Shown here one piece after another: positions 48,291 to 58,012 of a stretch of DNA of 64,000 nt; position 1 is the stretch's first letter, and every line of letters begins with the position of its first letter. This DNA is from Candidatus Marinacidobacterales bacterium (GTDB lineage: Bacteria; Acidobacteriota; Vicinamibacteria; Marinacidobacterales; DATDRI01), in assembly GCA_965226495.1 (NCBI GenBank), contig OZ245365.1, positions 4,096,001 through 4,160,000 on the forward strand, given 5' to 3'. Under the pieces are notes generated by a model. It was not told the origin of the DNA, ran no database searches, and saw nothing but the letters and a program-made list of their open reading frames with translations. A program made the position numbers and the translations under genes.

Positions 48291-49622
48291 TCAGAAAGAC
48301 GCCGACGAACGAAACAGAAAACGCCAGGTTTCATCGCTCCACGCTATATCCATTCTGACGAGCACAGACTGGAAGTTCTTGAAGCGAAGGCCAAAGCCGT
48401 AGTCCCACTTGAGCGTGGAAAAATCCAAACCTCCCCCCGGTGAGGCCACCGTACCGGTATCGGTGAAAAGGGCGAGCTCCCAGATCTGATTCGCCTCCCA
48501 TCGATACTCCAACTGGTAGAGCATCGCCTCCGGCCCTTGGAAGCGGAAGCTATTGAAGCCCCGCAGCGTGTGGCTTCCCCCCAAGGACGGCTGCAGAAAG
48601 AAGGGGACCCGGTTTCGCGCGTCCGCCTCTTGCAGGACCAACGCGGAGCGAAGTGCCAGGACGCGTTGTCGCGATCCGAGCGGGATGAAGGCGCGGGCGT
48701 CCAGCATGAAGGAGTTGAAGTTGAACGACCCCTCGGTGCGATCGTCCCAACGAGTCATAACACCGGCCACGACGAGACCTTTGTGTGGGTTTCCCGGCTC
48801 GTCGCGAAAATCGAGCAAGGCGTTCACGCCGTAACGCAAGTAGTCCGGTGGATTCGACAGACCCGGGGCCGAGAAATCGTTGTAGACCTCCTGGGTGGTG
48901 GGAACGCTACTTTTCGTACCCTCCCCGAGAGAATACTTCCAATAGCCACCGTTGAGAGTCACCGAGAAGTGGCTACCGAACTGGTACCCGTTCCGTATAT
49001 AGAACGCCGTGCTTCGGAGTAGATAGTTCGAACCATCGGTGACGTCGGACTCGGGTCCGATTCCAAAGTAGAGCGTCTGCGGAAGATAACGGTAGCGGAA
49101 CGTACCATAGAGGGTAAAGGGAGGCATTCCTGGCCTTCTCGGATTCGCCAACTGGTAGAGCTCCTCTCCTCTCCAGGCTCGACTCGGAAGCTGCCGCCCG
49201 AAACTAGGAATGAGACCGAATTGGACATCGTAATGCTGATAGCCATGGATCGAATAGAAGGCCGACCCCGAGAGATCGAGAGAAGTCCCCCCGACGTTGC
49301 GCTTCCAATAACGAGTACCGAACCCGATCCCGGAACCCCGCGCGATCCATGCTGCACGTGGATAGAAACCGTGGAAGTTCGATTCTTGAATCGTCGGGGT
49401 CTCGGCCTTGTCGAACCGAATCAAGTTTTTTTCCACTTTGTTCGGCACGTACGGCTGAGGGTGCTTGGCTTTCTCCTGCCGCTTTCTCCGTAGAGCTTCG
49501 GCGCGAGTCTCAGGAGGAGGACCGGCCGAGTCTTCCAACTGTGAGGAGGATGAATCCTCTTGAGCGTAGGCGGGGATTCCGGATACGACCCACGCCAGGC
49601 CTAGCACGAGGAACAAACGCAT
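48291..49622 (-). CDS. Omp85 (BamA/TamA-family) beta-barrel lacking POTRA domains
   Basis: Signal peptide, LGGSHTLRGF (VRGF-type motif), YGFGLRF and C-terminal Phe. Confidence 0.85.
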   Translation of the reverse strand: MRLFLVLGLAWVVSGIPAYAQEDSSSSQLEDSAGPPPETRAEALRRKRQEKAKHPQPYVPNKVEKNLIRFDKAETPTIQESNFHGFYPRAAWIARGSGIGFGTRYWKRNVGGTSLDLSGSAFYSIHGYQHYDVQFGLIPSFGRQLPSRAWRGEELYQLANPRRPGMPPFTLYGTFRYRYLPQTLYFGIGPESDVTDGSNYLLRSTAFYIRNGYQFGSHFSVTLNGGYWKYSLGEGTKSSVPTTQEVYNDFSAPGLSNPPDYLRYGVNALLDFRDEPGNPHKGLVVAGVMTRWDDRTEGSFNFNSFMLDARAFIPLGSRQRVLALRSALVLQEADARNRVPFFLQPSLGGSHTLRGFNSFRFQGPEAMLYQLEYRWEANQIWELALFTDTGTVASPGGGLDFSTLKWDYGFGLRFKNFQSVLVRMDIAWSDETWRFLFRSSASF

Positions 49623-49684
49623 ATTGGGTGATTATGCACAACAAGGCGGGGTTGTGGTAGCTTGTGGTCGATGCGGAGGTAAGA

Positions 49685-50248
49685 ATGAGCACGTTTCCCA
49701 CGTTTTCAAGATGGGTGATCGTTTCCGCAACCTTAGGCGCACTAGTCTTAGCAGGCGGTACGACCGAGGCACAGATCGTCGCCAACCCCGATTTCTCAGG
49801 AGTTTGGGAGCTCGACGACGGCAAGAGTGACGACGCCCCGGAGGCGATTCGCGTCGCGTTGGGTAACACCGGAGGCCGCAGCAGGGACCAGCACCAAAGG
49901 CAGGCGTTATCGAGCCGGCTGAACTACCTGGCTTATGCGTCCGAAACCATAGAGATTGCCCAAACGTCGCAGGATTTCACGCTCATCAATACTGAGGATG
50001 ACGTGCGCATTCATTATATTGACTCAGAGAAGCATACGCGTCAGAGCCCTGGCGGCGAGAGCATGACTACGGTGACGATGTGGAGCGATGACCTGCTGGT
50101 AGCCACGACCGAAGGCGAACAGATCGGAAAAGTCACGGAGACCTTCGGCTACGAGGGCCACCAACTGGTGCATATTGTTCGCATCAAGCACAAGCTGTTC
50201 GGAGAGGACCTCGTCGTTCGAACCTATTACAATCGGCTCGACGATTAG
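49685..50248 (+). CDS. Secreted hypothetical protein (lipocalin-like start DFSGVWELD)
   Basis: GGAGGT RBS, signal peptide and beta-rich sequence. Confidence 0.65.
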   Translation: MSTFPTFSRWVIVSATLGALVLAGGTTEAQIVANPDFSGVWELDDGKSDDAPEAIRVALGNTGGRSRDQHQRQALSSRLNYLAYASETIEIAQTSQDFTLINTEDDVRIHYIDSEKHTRQSPGGESMTTVTMWSDDLLVATTEGEQIGKVTETFGYEGHQLVHIVRIKHKLFGEDLVVRTYYNRLDD

Positions 50249-50355
50249 AAAGATTACCAATCGACAAAACCCGACCTGATAACCGCATTGATCTGGACAG
50301 CCTGGCCTGTTAGGATCAGCAGCTTCTATCGCCAGAAACACGGAGGAACAGAAAA

Positions 50356-50835
50356 ATGAGAGTGTTTTGCACGTTTGTGATCGTTTTGGGTTTGACCGCC
50401 GGGCCGGTGTCCGCGCAGTCGAGCGAAGAACAAGTAAGCGATACGACCGGCACGGAGCTCACGCGGTCGGTCATCCAAGCCAAGAAGAAAATGATCGTCG
50501 CAGCCAATGTCGATCTCACCGAAGCGGAAAGCCAGGGGTTCTGGCCGATCTACAACGACTACCAGAACGGAATGCGCAAGAACAACGACCGGATTCTCGC
50601 CCTGATCGAAGATTTCGCCGCGAGCTACGAAACCATGACCGACGCGAAGGCGGAGTCACTGCTCAAAGAGGCGATAGCTATCGAGACCGATGAGCTTGCG
50701 TTGAAGAACTCCTATATGCCCAAGTTCGGTAAAGTGCTTCCGGCGAAGAAACTGGTTCAGTACTACCAGGTCGAGAACAAGCTCAAGGCGATCATCGACT
50801 ACGAGCTGGCCGAGGCTATTCCGCTGGTCAAGTAA
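50356..50835 (+). CDS. Secreted helical hypothetical protein
   Basis: GGAGG RBS and signal peptide; LTEAESQGFWPIYNDY motif. Confidence 0.7.
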   Translation: MRVFCTFVIVLGLTAGPVSAQSSEEQVSDTTGTELTRSVIQAKKKMIVAANVDLTEAESQGFWPIYNDYQNGMRKNNDRILALIEDFAASYETMTDAKAESLLKEAIAIETDELALKNSYMPKFGKVLPAKKLVQYYQVENKLKAIIDYELAEAIPLVK

Positions 50836-50850
50836 GCCTCTTCATCGTTA

Positions 50851-50882
50851 CCCTCACCCTACCCTCTCCCAGAGGGAGAGGG
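50851..50882. repeat. REP-like CCCTCACCC..CCCTCTCCC-GGGAGAGGG palindrome between convergent genes
   Basis: Hairpin CCCTCTCCC aga GGGAGAGGG. Confidence 0.6.
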
Positions 50883-50901
50883 AACAAAGGATGAAGAGTC
50901 T

Positions 50902-53208
50902 TTACTGGGTTGCTTCCAACTGCGCGAGAAATTGGAGCGCGTTTGGGTCCTGAGGTGAGAGCGCCACGAGCTTCCGCGCGTACTCCACCGCCGCGGACAG
51001 CTGTCCGGTATCCCGGTTCATCGTTGCGAGGGCGATGAGCAGGTCGCGATTGCCGGGGTGGCGTTCATGTGCGCCGCGGAGCACATCTAGGGCGTGGTCG
51101 GTCTCCCCGACCGAGTGCAGTGCGGCACCGTAAACGTAACTGTAGCGTGGCTCCTCGGGCCGCAACTCCGCGGCCCGGGCTAGAGCCTCTACCGCCTCGT
51201 CGTTGCGCTGCTGCCGAGCAAGAACCAAGCCCAGTGAGTGGTGGAGTGCTCCATCATCGGGGGCGACCACCAATCCTTCACGGAGCACCTTCTCCCCTTC
51301 CCGTTCCCGGTTACTCAGTCGGTACACATCGGCTAGGTTGACATAGGCTGGCGTATAGAGAGGGTCGAGCTCCAATGCCGTGTGTAAGGCCCTCTCCGCG
51401 CTGTCAATGTCCCCCCGCTGCTGATCGATCACCGCCAGATTGAGGTGGTACCCGGCGCGGTCGGCGTTCACGAGTTGTGCGCTCCGGTACTCCTCGAGGA
51501 CGACATCGAGGCTCGCAGTTTGGACGGGAGTCATGAGATCGCTGGGCACCGAAGCCAGTACCCGTGCGGCTTCCAGTCGCACATACCGAACCGCATCGCC
51601 GAGGAGTGGGTAACCCATCAAGAGTCGGGACTGCGGCTCGACCGCCTCCAGCGTGCCCAGCGCCGCGGCGCGAATGAGTGGATCGCCGCTTTCCAAGCCG
51701 CGGCCGATCGTCGGCAGCGATTGTTGGCCCGCTTGCCCGGCGAGCAACGAAAGCGCCGTCGCGCGCGCAATGGCGGGCATCGCGGGATCGTCGGCGAGGC
51801 GCACCAACGCGGCTTCCGCCCGTGGAGCACCTTGCCGCCCGGCGTGTAGGGCCTCCCCGTAATGCCACTCTTCGGCGCGATCGGATCCATACCAACCGGC
51901 CACCGCGTCCGCCGCCCACTCTGCCGGGCGATCGGCATGACATTGGTTACACGCATTGGGAGTGCCGATCTTCATCGTCAAATCCGGGCGCGGGATCCGA
52001 AGACTGTGATCGCGCCGGGGATCCACGACCATGTAGTTCTGCGCCGGCATGTGGCACTCCACACACCTCGCACCGGTCGACTCCGGACGATGAAAGTGGT
52101 GCTCCGGCGTGTCGAACTTCTCGACCAGGTGACAGCTCGCGCACATGGAGTTCCCAGCGCCGCGCACCGTGAGGCGGTGAGGATCATGACAATCTTGACA
52201 GGTAACGCCTTCTCGATACATCTTGCTCTGCAAGAACGATCCGTAGACATAGACCTCGTCCAAGATCTGCCCGTCCGCATGATAGAGGGCATCCTCTAGC
52301 AAAGCTGGACGATGGGTATCCATGAGAGGCCGCCCGTAAACATACTCATCGCTTACTACGGATCGACGCGAGTGACATCGAGCACAGGTTTCGACCTCGA
52401 CCCTAGATTGCCTAGGAACGCTTCGTTTCGCCAAGCCGGTCTCCATGTCCGTAATCCACGTAGCGTTGTCTTCGTCCTTCAACCGCACGACCAATTCGTT
52501 TGGTCCTTCGCGGCTACCTTCTCCCCGCTCCACCGCTTCCGCCCAAGCTACATGATTGGACCCCGGGCCATGGCAGGCCTCACACGACACGTCAATCTCC
52601 GACCATTGGGTTTGGTAGCGATCCTGCTCGAGATCGTAGTTCTTCTGTAGGTTCGTCGAGTGGCATTCCGCGCACATGAAGTTCCAGTTGTAATTCGGGC
52701 TGGTCCAGTGGAGCTCATCCCCAGCCGGAATCTTTTCGTCTGAGTGAAGGTGGAACCAGCGTTGGCCGCCTTCCTCCGCAGGCCGAGCGTCCCAGGCGAC
52801 ACTCAACGCCTGATAACGGCCGTCGGGAAAGCCGATCAGATACTGCTGAAGGGGATCGACTCCGAAGGCATAGGCGACCTCGTAGTCTTGGATCTGCCCA
52901 TCCGCGCCGTCAGTGCGCACGTAGAACTTCCCGTCGGATTTGTAGAATTTCGTCTCGACTCCAAAATGGTTGAAGGCTGCGTCATGGAAGTCTCCCAACA
53001 CTGTCGTCTCATCGGCCTCCTGCATGGCCAGATCGTGGTCGGACCCTCGCCATAGTTCGAGTTGCTGTTCGTGGCATGGTGCGCACGCTGGTGCGCCCAC
53101 GTAGCCAGCGGGCTCCGTGGAAGTGGTCTCCTCCACGGGCTTCTCGCAGGCCTGAACGAACAAAGCGATGGACACGCTTGTGACCACGACGGAAACTGGC
53201 CTATTCAT
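50902..53208 (-). CDS. Multiheme (8 CxxCH) cytochrome c lipoprotein with HEAT/TPR C-terminus
   Basis: CAPCH, CAECH, CEACH, CARCH, CQDCH, CASCH, CVECH and CNQCH; lipobox-like VQAC; TPR repeats. Confidence 0.88.
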   Translation of the reverse strand: MNRPVSVVVTSVSIALFVQACEKPVEETTSTEPAGYVGAPACAPCHEQQLELWRGSDHDLAMQEADETTVLGDFHDAAFNHFGVETKFYKSDGKFYVRTDGADGQIQDYEVAYAFGVDPLQQYLIGFPDGRYQALSVAWDARPAEEGGQRWFHLHSDEKIPAGDELHWTSPNYNWNFMCAECHSTNLQKNYDLEQDRYQTQWSEIDVSCEACHGPGSNHVAWAEAVERGEGSREGPNELVVRLKDEDNATWITDMETGLAKRSVPRQSRVEVETCARCHSRRSVVSDEYVYGRPLMDTHRPALLEDALYHADGQILDEVYVYGSFLQSKMYREGVTCQDCHDPHRLTVRGAGNSMCASCHLVEKFDTPEHHFHRPESTGARCVECHMPAQNYMVVDPRRDHSLRIPRPDLTMKIGTPNACNQCHADRPAEWAADAVAGWYGSDRAEEWHYGEALHAGRQGAPRAEAALVRLADDPAMPAIARATALSLLAGQAGQQSLPTIGRGLESGDPLIRAAALGTLEAVEPQSRLLMGYPLLGDAVRYVRLEAARVLASVPSDLMTPVQTASLDVVLEEYRSAQLVNADRAGYHLNLAVIDQQRGDIDSAERALHTALELDPLYTPAYVNLADVYRLSNREREGEKVLREGLVVAPDDGALHHSLGLVLARQQRNDEAVEALARAAELRPEEPRYSYVYGAALHSVGETDHALDVLRGAHERHPGNRDLLIALATMNRDTGQLSAAVEYARKLVALSPQDPNALQFLAQLEATQ

Positions 53209-53313
53209 TGGGGAGTATCATATTCTCGAAAACCGGACGACGCTATTACCGGCCTGTGGTTTTGACCTGGATCGGTCGGTTGGCTAACATGGGCTGTCCC
53301 CAACAAACTTCAG

Positions 53314-53865
53314 ATGAAAATCTTCTCGTTGTTTTTCGGCCTCTTCTTCATCGCCGGAATCTGCTTCGCTCAGTCCCTGGCCGAGGTCGCAGAAAAGGAG
53401 CGACAGCGACGCCAGAAACTCCCCCCGAGCGAAGTGATTCGTGATGAAGATTTGGAGGCTTCCGGAGAGAAGCCCGCATCGCTCGCCGAAAAGGAGACCG
53501 ACGAAAGAACCGTGGCCGAGATTCTAGATGGAGAGGACGGACGGCCCGACGAGGCCGATGAGTCCGACTGGCCGAAGGTCTGGGCGGATTGTCAGGCTCG
53601 CTACGACGCCGCAGAGAACGCCCGGAACGAACGCTTGTATCTGATCCAGAAGGGTCTTCCTATCGGGGCGGACTTGGAACGGATACCCTGCTCAGTGATC
53701 AATGCACGGGGATTCCTTCCCGGGTGGATACGGTACTCCATCGATTGCGAAAGGCTGGCGGAGGAAGTCAAAGAAAAACAAGCGCTGATGAACGAGATTC
53801 AAGAGGAGTGCTTCAACGAGGCACGGATCCGGAGTGTTCCCCCTGGCGCCGCCCGTCTTCAATAG
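53314..53865 (+). CDS. Secreted hypothetical protein
   Basis: Signal peptide, AQSLAEVAEKER start and a C-terminal VPPG motif. Confidence 0.65.
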   Translation: MKIFSLFFGLFFIAGICFAQSLAEVAEKERQRRQKLPPSEVIRDEDLEASGEKPASLAEKETDERTVAEILDGEDGRPDEADESDWPKVWADCQARYDAAENARNERLYLIQKGLPIGADLERIPCSVINARGFLPGWIRYSIDCERLAEEVKEKQALMNEIQEECFNEARIRSVPPGAARLQ

Positions 53866-55850
53866 AAATGGGCGATCGCCACCAAGTACAAAAACCCCAA
53901 CCAGGACGGCCAAAAACCCAACTTGATGAGGAGACTTTCCTCGTACTCCACCGGGCCAAAATTGAACCTCTCCAGAGAAAAAAAGAACGCGTGCAGCGTT
54001 GTCAGCACGAGGATTAAGTAAACGCTGAAGTAAACGTACTCGATAAACGCGACCTCCTGGATCTGAAGGCCGTCACGCAGATGAATGTGGGCCAACAGGA
54101 CGACGAAGAAGAGTGCCGACGTGATTCTCATCACCCCAGACGGGCTGAAGCCCAGCAAGCTCGCTTCGTCCTCGTCCTTGGTGCACGTCACGATCATGCT
54201 GAAGAGCATCACCACCACAACCAACATCGGGATTACGTTCTGTATCGCGACGTTCACCAAGTTTCTCTTGAGCCCGACACGAAAATTAAGCTCCGGAAAG
54301 GTCGCCTCATCCAAGCCGATGCCGAAGTCGGTCTCGTAGTCCAGCAAATGATAGTCGAAGAAGCTGTTCGCAATTCTCCAGCCTGAGAGCTCGAGAGACT
54401 TGTCGAGACCGGGCTTGGAGGTCGGGTTGGTCAAAGTATAAGAGGCGAGGTCGGGAACCAACAACATTCGTCGGTCGAAGTCTTTGGACCACAACCGGAT
54501 CGAGAGCGTACCGTGATCGAACGGATACTTCGCGATATCGAGGTCCTGCCGTAGTGTCGCGCGGAAATACCAGCCCACGGTCTCGACTCCGTTCTGCTCA
54601 CGCCGGTAGGCCTCGGTGAAGCTCGCGTCTACGGCATTGGGAAATTCGACTCCCAAAGGCAGTTCAGCGAGTCGGGCGGGCTCCGAGAACTTCTGCCACA
54701 AATACCCGGTTACAGCGAGCTCGCTCGGGGTCACAAACTTCATCGACTGCACCGAAATGCCGGTGGGGACATAAAACGGAGCTCGGTGTCCCTGAGCCTC
54801 GAACGCGTCTTCCTGGGAGCTCAGAAACGAGTTGAGACCCGCCCCATCGAGGATCTTCACGCGTTGTTCGTCCTCGTGAGGTACCTGTTCGTAGACGACC
54901 CACCGGATGACGAGCGACCCGGCAAGCAACAAGATAGACAAGAGTACCGAGAGTCCCCATAAAACGCGCCGCAGTTGTTCGCCGTACCAATGCGAGGAGA
55001 TCCAAATCGCCACCCCCATCAGCCCGAAGATGGAGAAGATCGAGATCCAGATCACGCGGCGACGAAAAAACCGCCCGATGGTGAGGATTTCGTCTTTGAT
55101 ACGCACCACAATGGCCGACCAATCGACACGACCAACCGGCTCGTAGAAGAACCATGACGACTGGCCCGTCACCATGTTCACGTGGTCCACGAAGCCGCTC
55201 TCCCCTGCCGTCGCTTTTTCGGCCGCTTCCTGCAAAACGGTATCCCCGAGCGCCTCCGCTATCTTGAAGGCTGGAATGTGCTGTCGAACGAAAGCCGTAC
55301 TGGGATGAACCAGAAAATAGCCTTGCTTCGACAGGACGGAGCCGAAACCCGTCTTGCCGAGCTCGAGGCTTTGGATTAGTTCGTGAACTGGCTCCATGGA
55401 GATTTTCAGATAGGCGACACCGGCCGGCGCCCTCTCACCCTCTGTCTCGAGCTCAAAGAAGGGCGTCGAGTACGTCGCCATCAGGCGGTCTTCAGCCGCG
55501 TCCAAAACGGGCTCGCTCCAACCCCCGGCATCCTGTGCCGAGTCACTGATCCCGAGGTCGTGAATTGCCGGAGTCTCCTCCCTGATTTCTGCTATTCGGC
55601 TGAGCAGTGCTTCTCCGCTCAACCGGTCGGTCGAAATCTGTTCCGCTAGATTGTGTAGAATCGCCTCGAGCCCTTGGAGCTTGGCCTCGATCTCGCTCGC
55701 CGCGGTCATGGCGTGTTGCCGGGCCCCATCCTTGGCATCGCGAACCAGTACCCTCCGGTTCCCTATCAGGTCAGATAGCAAATAGAGCGCTATCGAGAGG
55801 CTGGCGATGCCGAGAATCAGAGAGGCGCGAAGGTAGGTCTCTTTACGCAT
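53859..55850 (-). CDS. Cache-domain-fused pentameric ligand-gated ion channel homolog
   Basis: Cache motifs WSEP...TYSTPF and GYFLVHP; Pro-loop KYPFD; GW..., then LKRN and four C-terminal TMs. Confidence 0.75.
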   Translation of the reverse strand: MRKETYLRASLILGIASLSIALYLLSDLIGNRRVLVRDAKDGARQHAMTAASEIEAKLQGLEAILHNLAEQISTDRLSGEALLSRIAEIREETPAIHDLGISDSAQDAGGWSEPVLDAAEDRLMATYSTPFFELETEGERAPAGVAYLKISMEPVHELIQSLELGKTGFGSVLSKQGYFLVHPSTAFVRQHIPAFKIAEALGDTVLQEAAEKATAGESGFVDHVNMVTGQSSWFFYEPVGRVDWSAIVVRIKDEILTIGRFFRRRVIWISIFSIFGLMGVAIWISSHWYGEQLRRVLWGLSVLLSILLLAGSLVIRWVVYEQVPHEDEQRVKILDGAGLNSFLSSQEDAFEAQGHRAPFYVPTGISVQSMKFVTPSELAVTGYLWQKFSEPARLAELPLGVEFPNAVDASFTEAYRREQNGVETVGWYFRATLRQDLDIAKYPFDHGTLSIRLWSKDFDRRMLLVPDLASYTLTNPTSKPGLDKSLELSGWRIANSFFDYHLLDYETDFGIGLDEATFPELNFRVGLKRNLVNVAIQNVIPMLVVVVMLFSMIVTCTKDEDEASLLGFSPSGVMRITSALFFVVLLAHIHLRDGLQIQEVAFIEYVYFSVYLILVLTTLHAFFFSLERFNFGPVEYEESLLIKLGFWPSWLGFLYLVAIAHFY

Positions 55851-55916
55851 GTTTCTGGACGGACGCTGAACAAAAGCGTCCCCTCATTTTTCTGGACCTC
55901 CGCAGCGTGAATCGCG

Positions 55917-56555
55917 CTACGGCTTCAGCGATGCGATGTACTCGTTAGCGAGTTTGGTGGTCTCGCCGAGTTTTGTGAACATGGTCGCGGCTTGCGCGTT
56001 CACGTTCTTGGCATCACCGGCGAGGCTCTTCAAAGCAGTGGGGTTGAGGTCGTACCCGAGATAGACCACCTGATCTTGTAGACTCTGGATGAACGCATCG
56101 AACTCGCCGCCCGCCTGCCGTCCGACCCTCAAGATTTCACCGTAGCGGGCGCGTGTGTCATTCAGTCTGTCCTGGCTGCGCTTGCGGAGATCCGGGCTCG
56201 TGACTCCATCCAGACTCTGAGTCCATTCGGCGAAGAACACATGGGCCTCTTTCTCCATCTCCTCGGCCTTATTGCCGACGTTGGCACGTTTCTTCTCCGA
56301 GTCCTTTATCCAATTGCCCAGGTCCTTGTATGCTTTCTTCGTGTCTTCGGCCTTGTTCTGGACTATGGTGTTGTAGAGATTGAGGGTCCGTTCGAGCTGC
56401 TGCTTCGTCTCCTCAATCGCCTTTACAGCGTCCTCGGCACGTTTGGCAAGTTTTTCCGTTTGCTTCACACCACTCTGGGTCGCGGCGACACCGATCGACG
56501 CAAGCAAGAGTGTGGCAACGAGAGCTGGAAAAATAAGCTGTTTTCTATCCTTCAT
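55917..56555 (-). CDS. Secreted coiled-coil protein (DUF2959-like)
   Basis: FFAEW...LRKRSQ..L and LQDQVVYLGYDLNP motifs. Confidence 0.65.
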   Translation of the reverse strand: MKDRKQLIFPALVATLLLASIGVAATQSGVKQTEKLAKRAEDAVKAIEETKQQLERTLNLYNTIVQNKAEDTKKAYKDLGNWIKDSEKKRANVGNKAEEMEKEAHVFFAEWTQSLDGVTSPDLRKRSQDRLNDTRARYGEILRVGRQAGGEFDAFIQSLQDQVVYLGYDLNPTALKSLAGDAKNVNAQAATMFTKLGETTKLANEYIASLKP

Positions 56556-56659
56556 TTTCTATTTCCTTTCGCGGCGCGCGAAATCGGTTTCACGAGAATC
56601 GTTAATGAGACACCACCTTCGCGGTCCAGTCAAGCGGGGGTGACCGGATGGTGGGGCAA

Positions 56660-58012
56660 TTATCGAGCCAACCCTACCACCAGATCCATGACGTTGGTGC
56701 CGGTTGGACCCGTACGTAGGAGGTCGCCCAGCTTGTCGAAGAAGGTATAGGAATCGTTGTCCTCCAGGAACGCGTCCGCGTCGAGCCCCGCGGAACGTGC
56801 TCTGGCAAGAGTGGTTCCATCGACAAAGGCGCCGGCTGCGTCGGTCGGGCCATCGGTTCCATCGGTTCCAGCAGAAAGAATGGCGATGTTCTTGGCCCCT
56901 TCGATCTTGCGGGCCGCAACGAGCGCGAACTCCTGATTGCGTCCGCCTTTGCCTTTTCCCTTAACCTCGAGAGTCGTTTCGCCGCCCGCGAGCAGCGCGA
57001 CCGGCCCTCGGTTCGACAGCTCGAGAAGCCGTGAGGCGAAGGCGGTCGCTCTATTGTGGGTAGCGCCGACCATGTCGTAGCTAAAGACTTCCGGAGAGAA
57101 GCCAAGGGCTTCGGAGACTCTCTGTGCCGCGTCCAGGGAATGGCGATTACTGGCAAGGATCAGGCAACGGATGTTTTCGAAAAGCGGTAGTCCCGGTTTT
57201 GGGGTCTCGGCGATGTCCCCCCGGGCGCCCCCGTCGAGCCGATCGCGGACCGCTGCAGGGATCTGCCCGGTCGTTTTTGTCAGGCAATAGCGATTCAGAA
57301 TGTCCAGGCAGTCGGCAAAGGTGGAAGGATCGGGCACCGTGGGTCCCGACCCAATCGATGAGAGATCGTCACCCACGACGTCGGATACGATGAGTGTCAT
57401 CGCCTTGGCCGGATAAATCCGTTCCGCCAAGCGCCCACCCTTTACCGCAGACAAATGCTTACGGATAGTGTTTGTTTCCTGGATTGTTGCGCCGCATGCC
57501 AAGAGTGCCTGGGTCGTTTTGATCTTGTGCGAGAGCGTCAACCCCGGTGCCGGTGCAACCAAGAGCGCCGAGGCCCCGCCGGTCAACAAAAAGAACACGC
57601 GGTCGTCGGGGCGAGTGTCTCCTAGATCGTCTATGAGACGAGAGGTCCCTTCGAGACCACGCTCGTCGGGCAGAGGATGGCCTCCCTCCTCGACCACGAC
57701 CTGCTTCAAAGGAAGCCCGTGACCATACTTAACGACGATCCTCCCTCCATCGATCCGATCTCCGACCGTTTCCTCGAGCGCCTGTGCAAGTGAGGCTGCT
57801 GCTTTGCCGGCACCGATGACTAGAAGACGACCGGAGGTGCTCTTCTTAGGTAGGTCCCACGAGACATCAATGTCGGCGACACCGGGGGCTTCGTAATGCC
57901 ACTGGTCGTTCTCGATCCGCGTTCGGTCGAGAAGGAGGCTACGTGGATCGGCGGCGGATACGCCGGCACGGAAGATTTCTTCCGCAATCGTCCGCAGTTC
58001 CAATTGGCTCAT
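56660..58012 (-). CDS. Glycerate 2-kinase (MOFRL/TtuD family)
   Basis: GAGKAA, GHPLPD, KGGRL, SGPT, GGET, GGRNQE, GTDGTDG and GPTGTNVMD motifs. Confidence 0.92.
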   Translation of the reverse strand: MSQLELRTIAEEIFRAGVSAADPRSLLLDRTRIENDQWHYEAPGVADIDVSWDLPKKSTSGRLLVIGAGKAAASLAQALEETVGDRIDGGRIVVKYGHGLPLKQVVVEEGGHPLPDERGLEGTSRLIDDLGDTRPDDRVFFLLTGGASALLVAPAPGLTLSHKIKTTQALLACGATIQETNTIRKHLSAVKGGRLAERIYPAKAMTLIVSDVVGDDLSSIGSGPTVPDPSTFADCLDILNRYCLTKTTGQIPAAVRDRLDGGARGDIAETPKPGLPLFENIRCLILASNRHSLDAAQRVSEALGFSPEVFSYDMVGATHNRATAFASRLLELSNRGPVALLAGGETTLEVKGKGKGGRNQEFALVAARKIEGAKNIAILSAGTDGTDGPTDAAGAFVDGTTLARARSAGLDADAFLEDNDSYTFFDKLGDLLRTGPTGTNVMDLVVGLAR

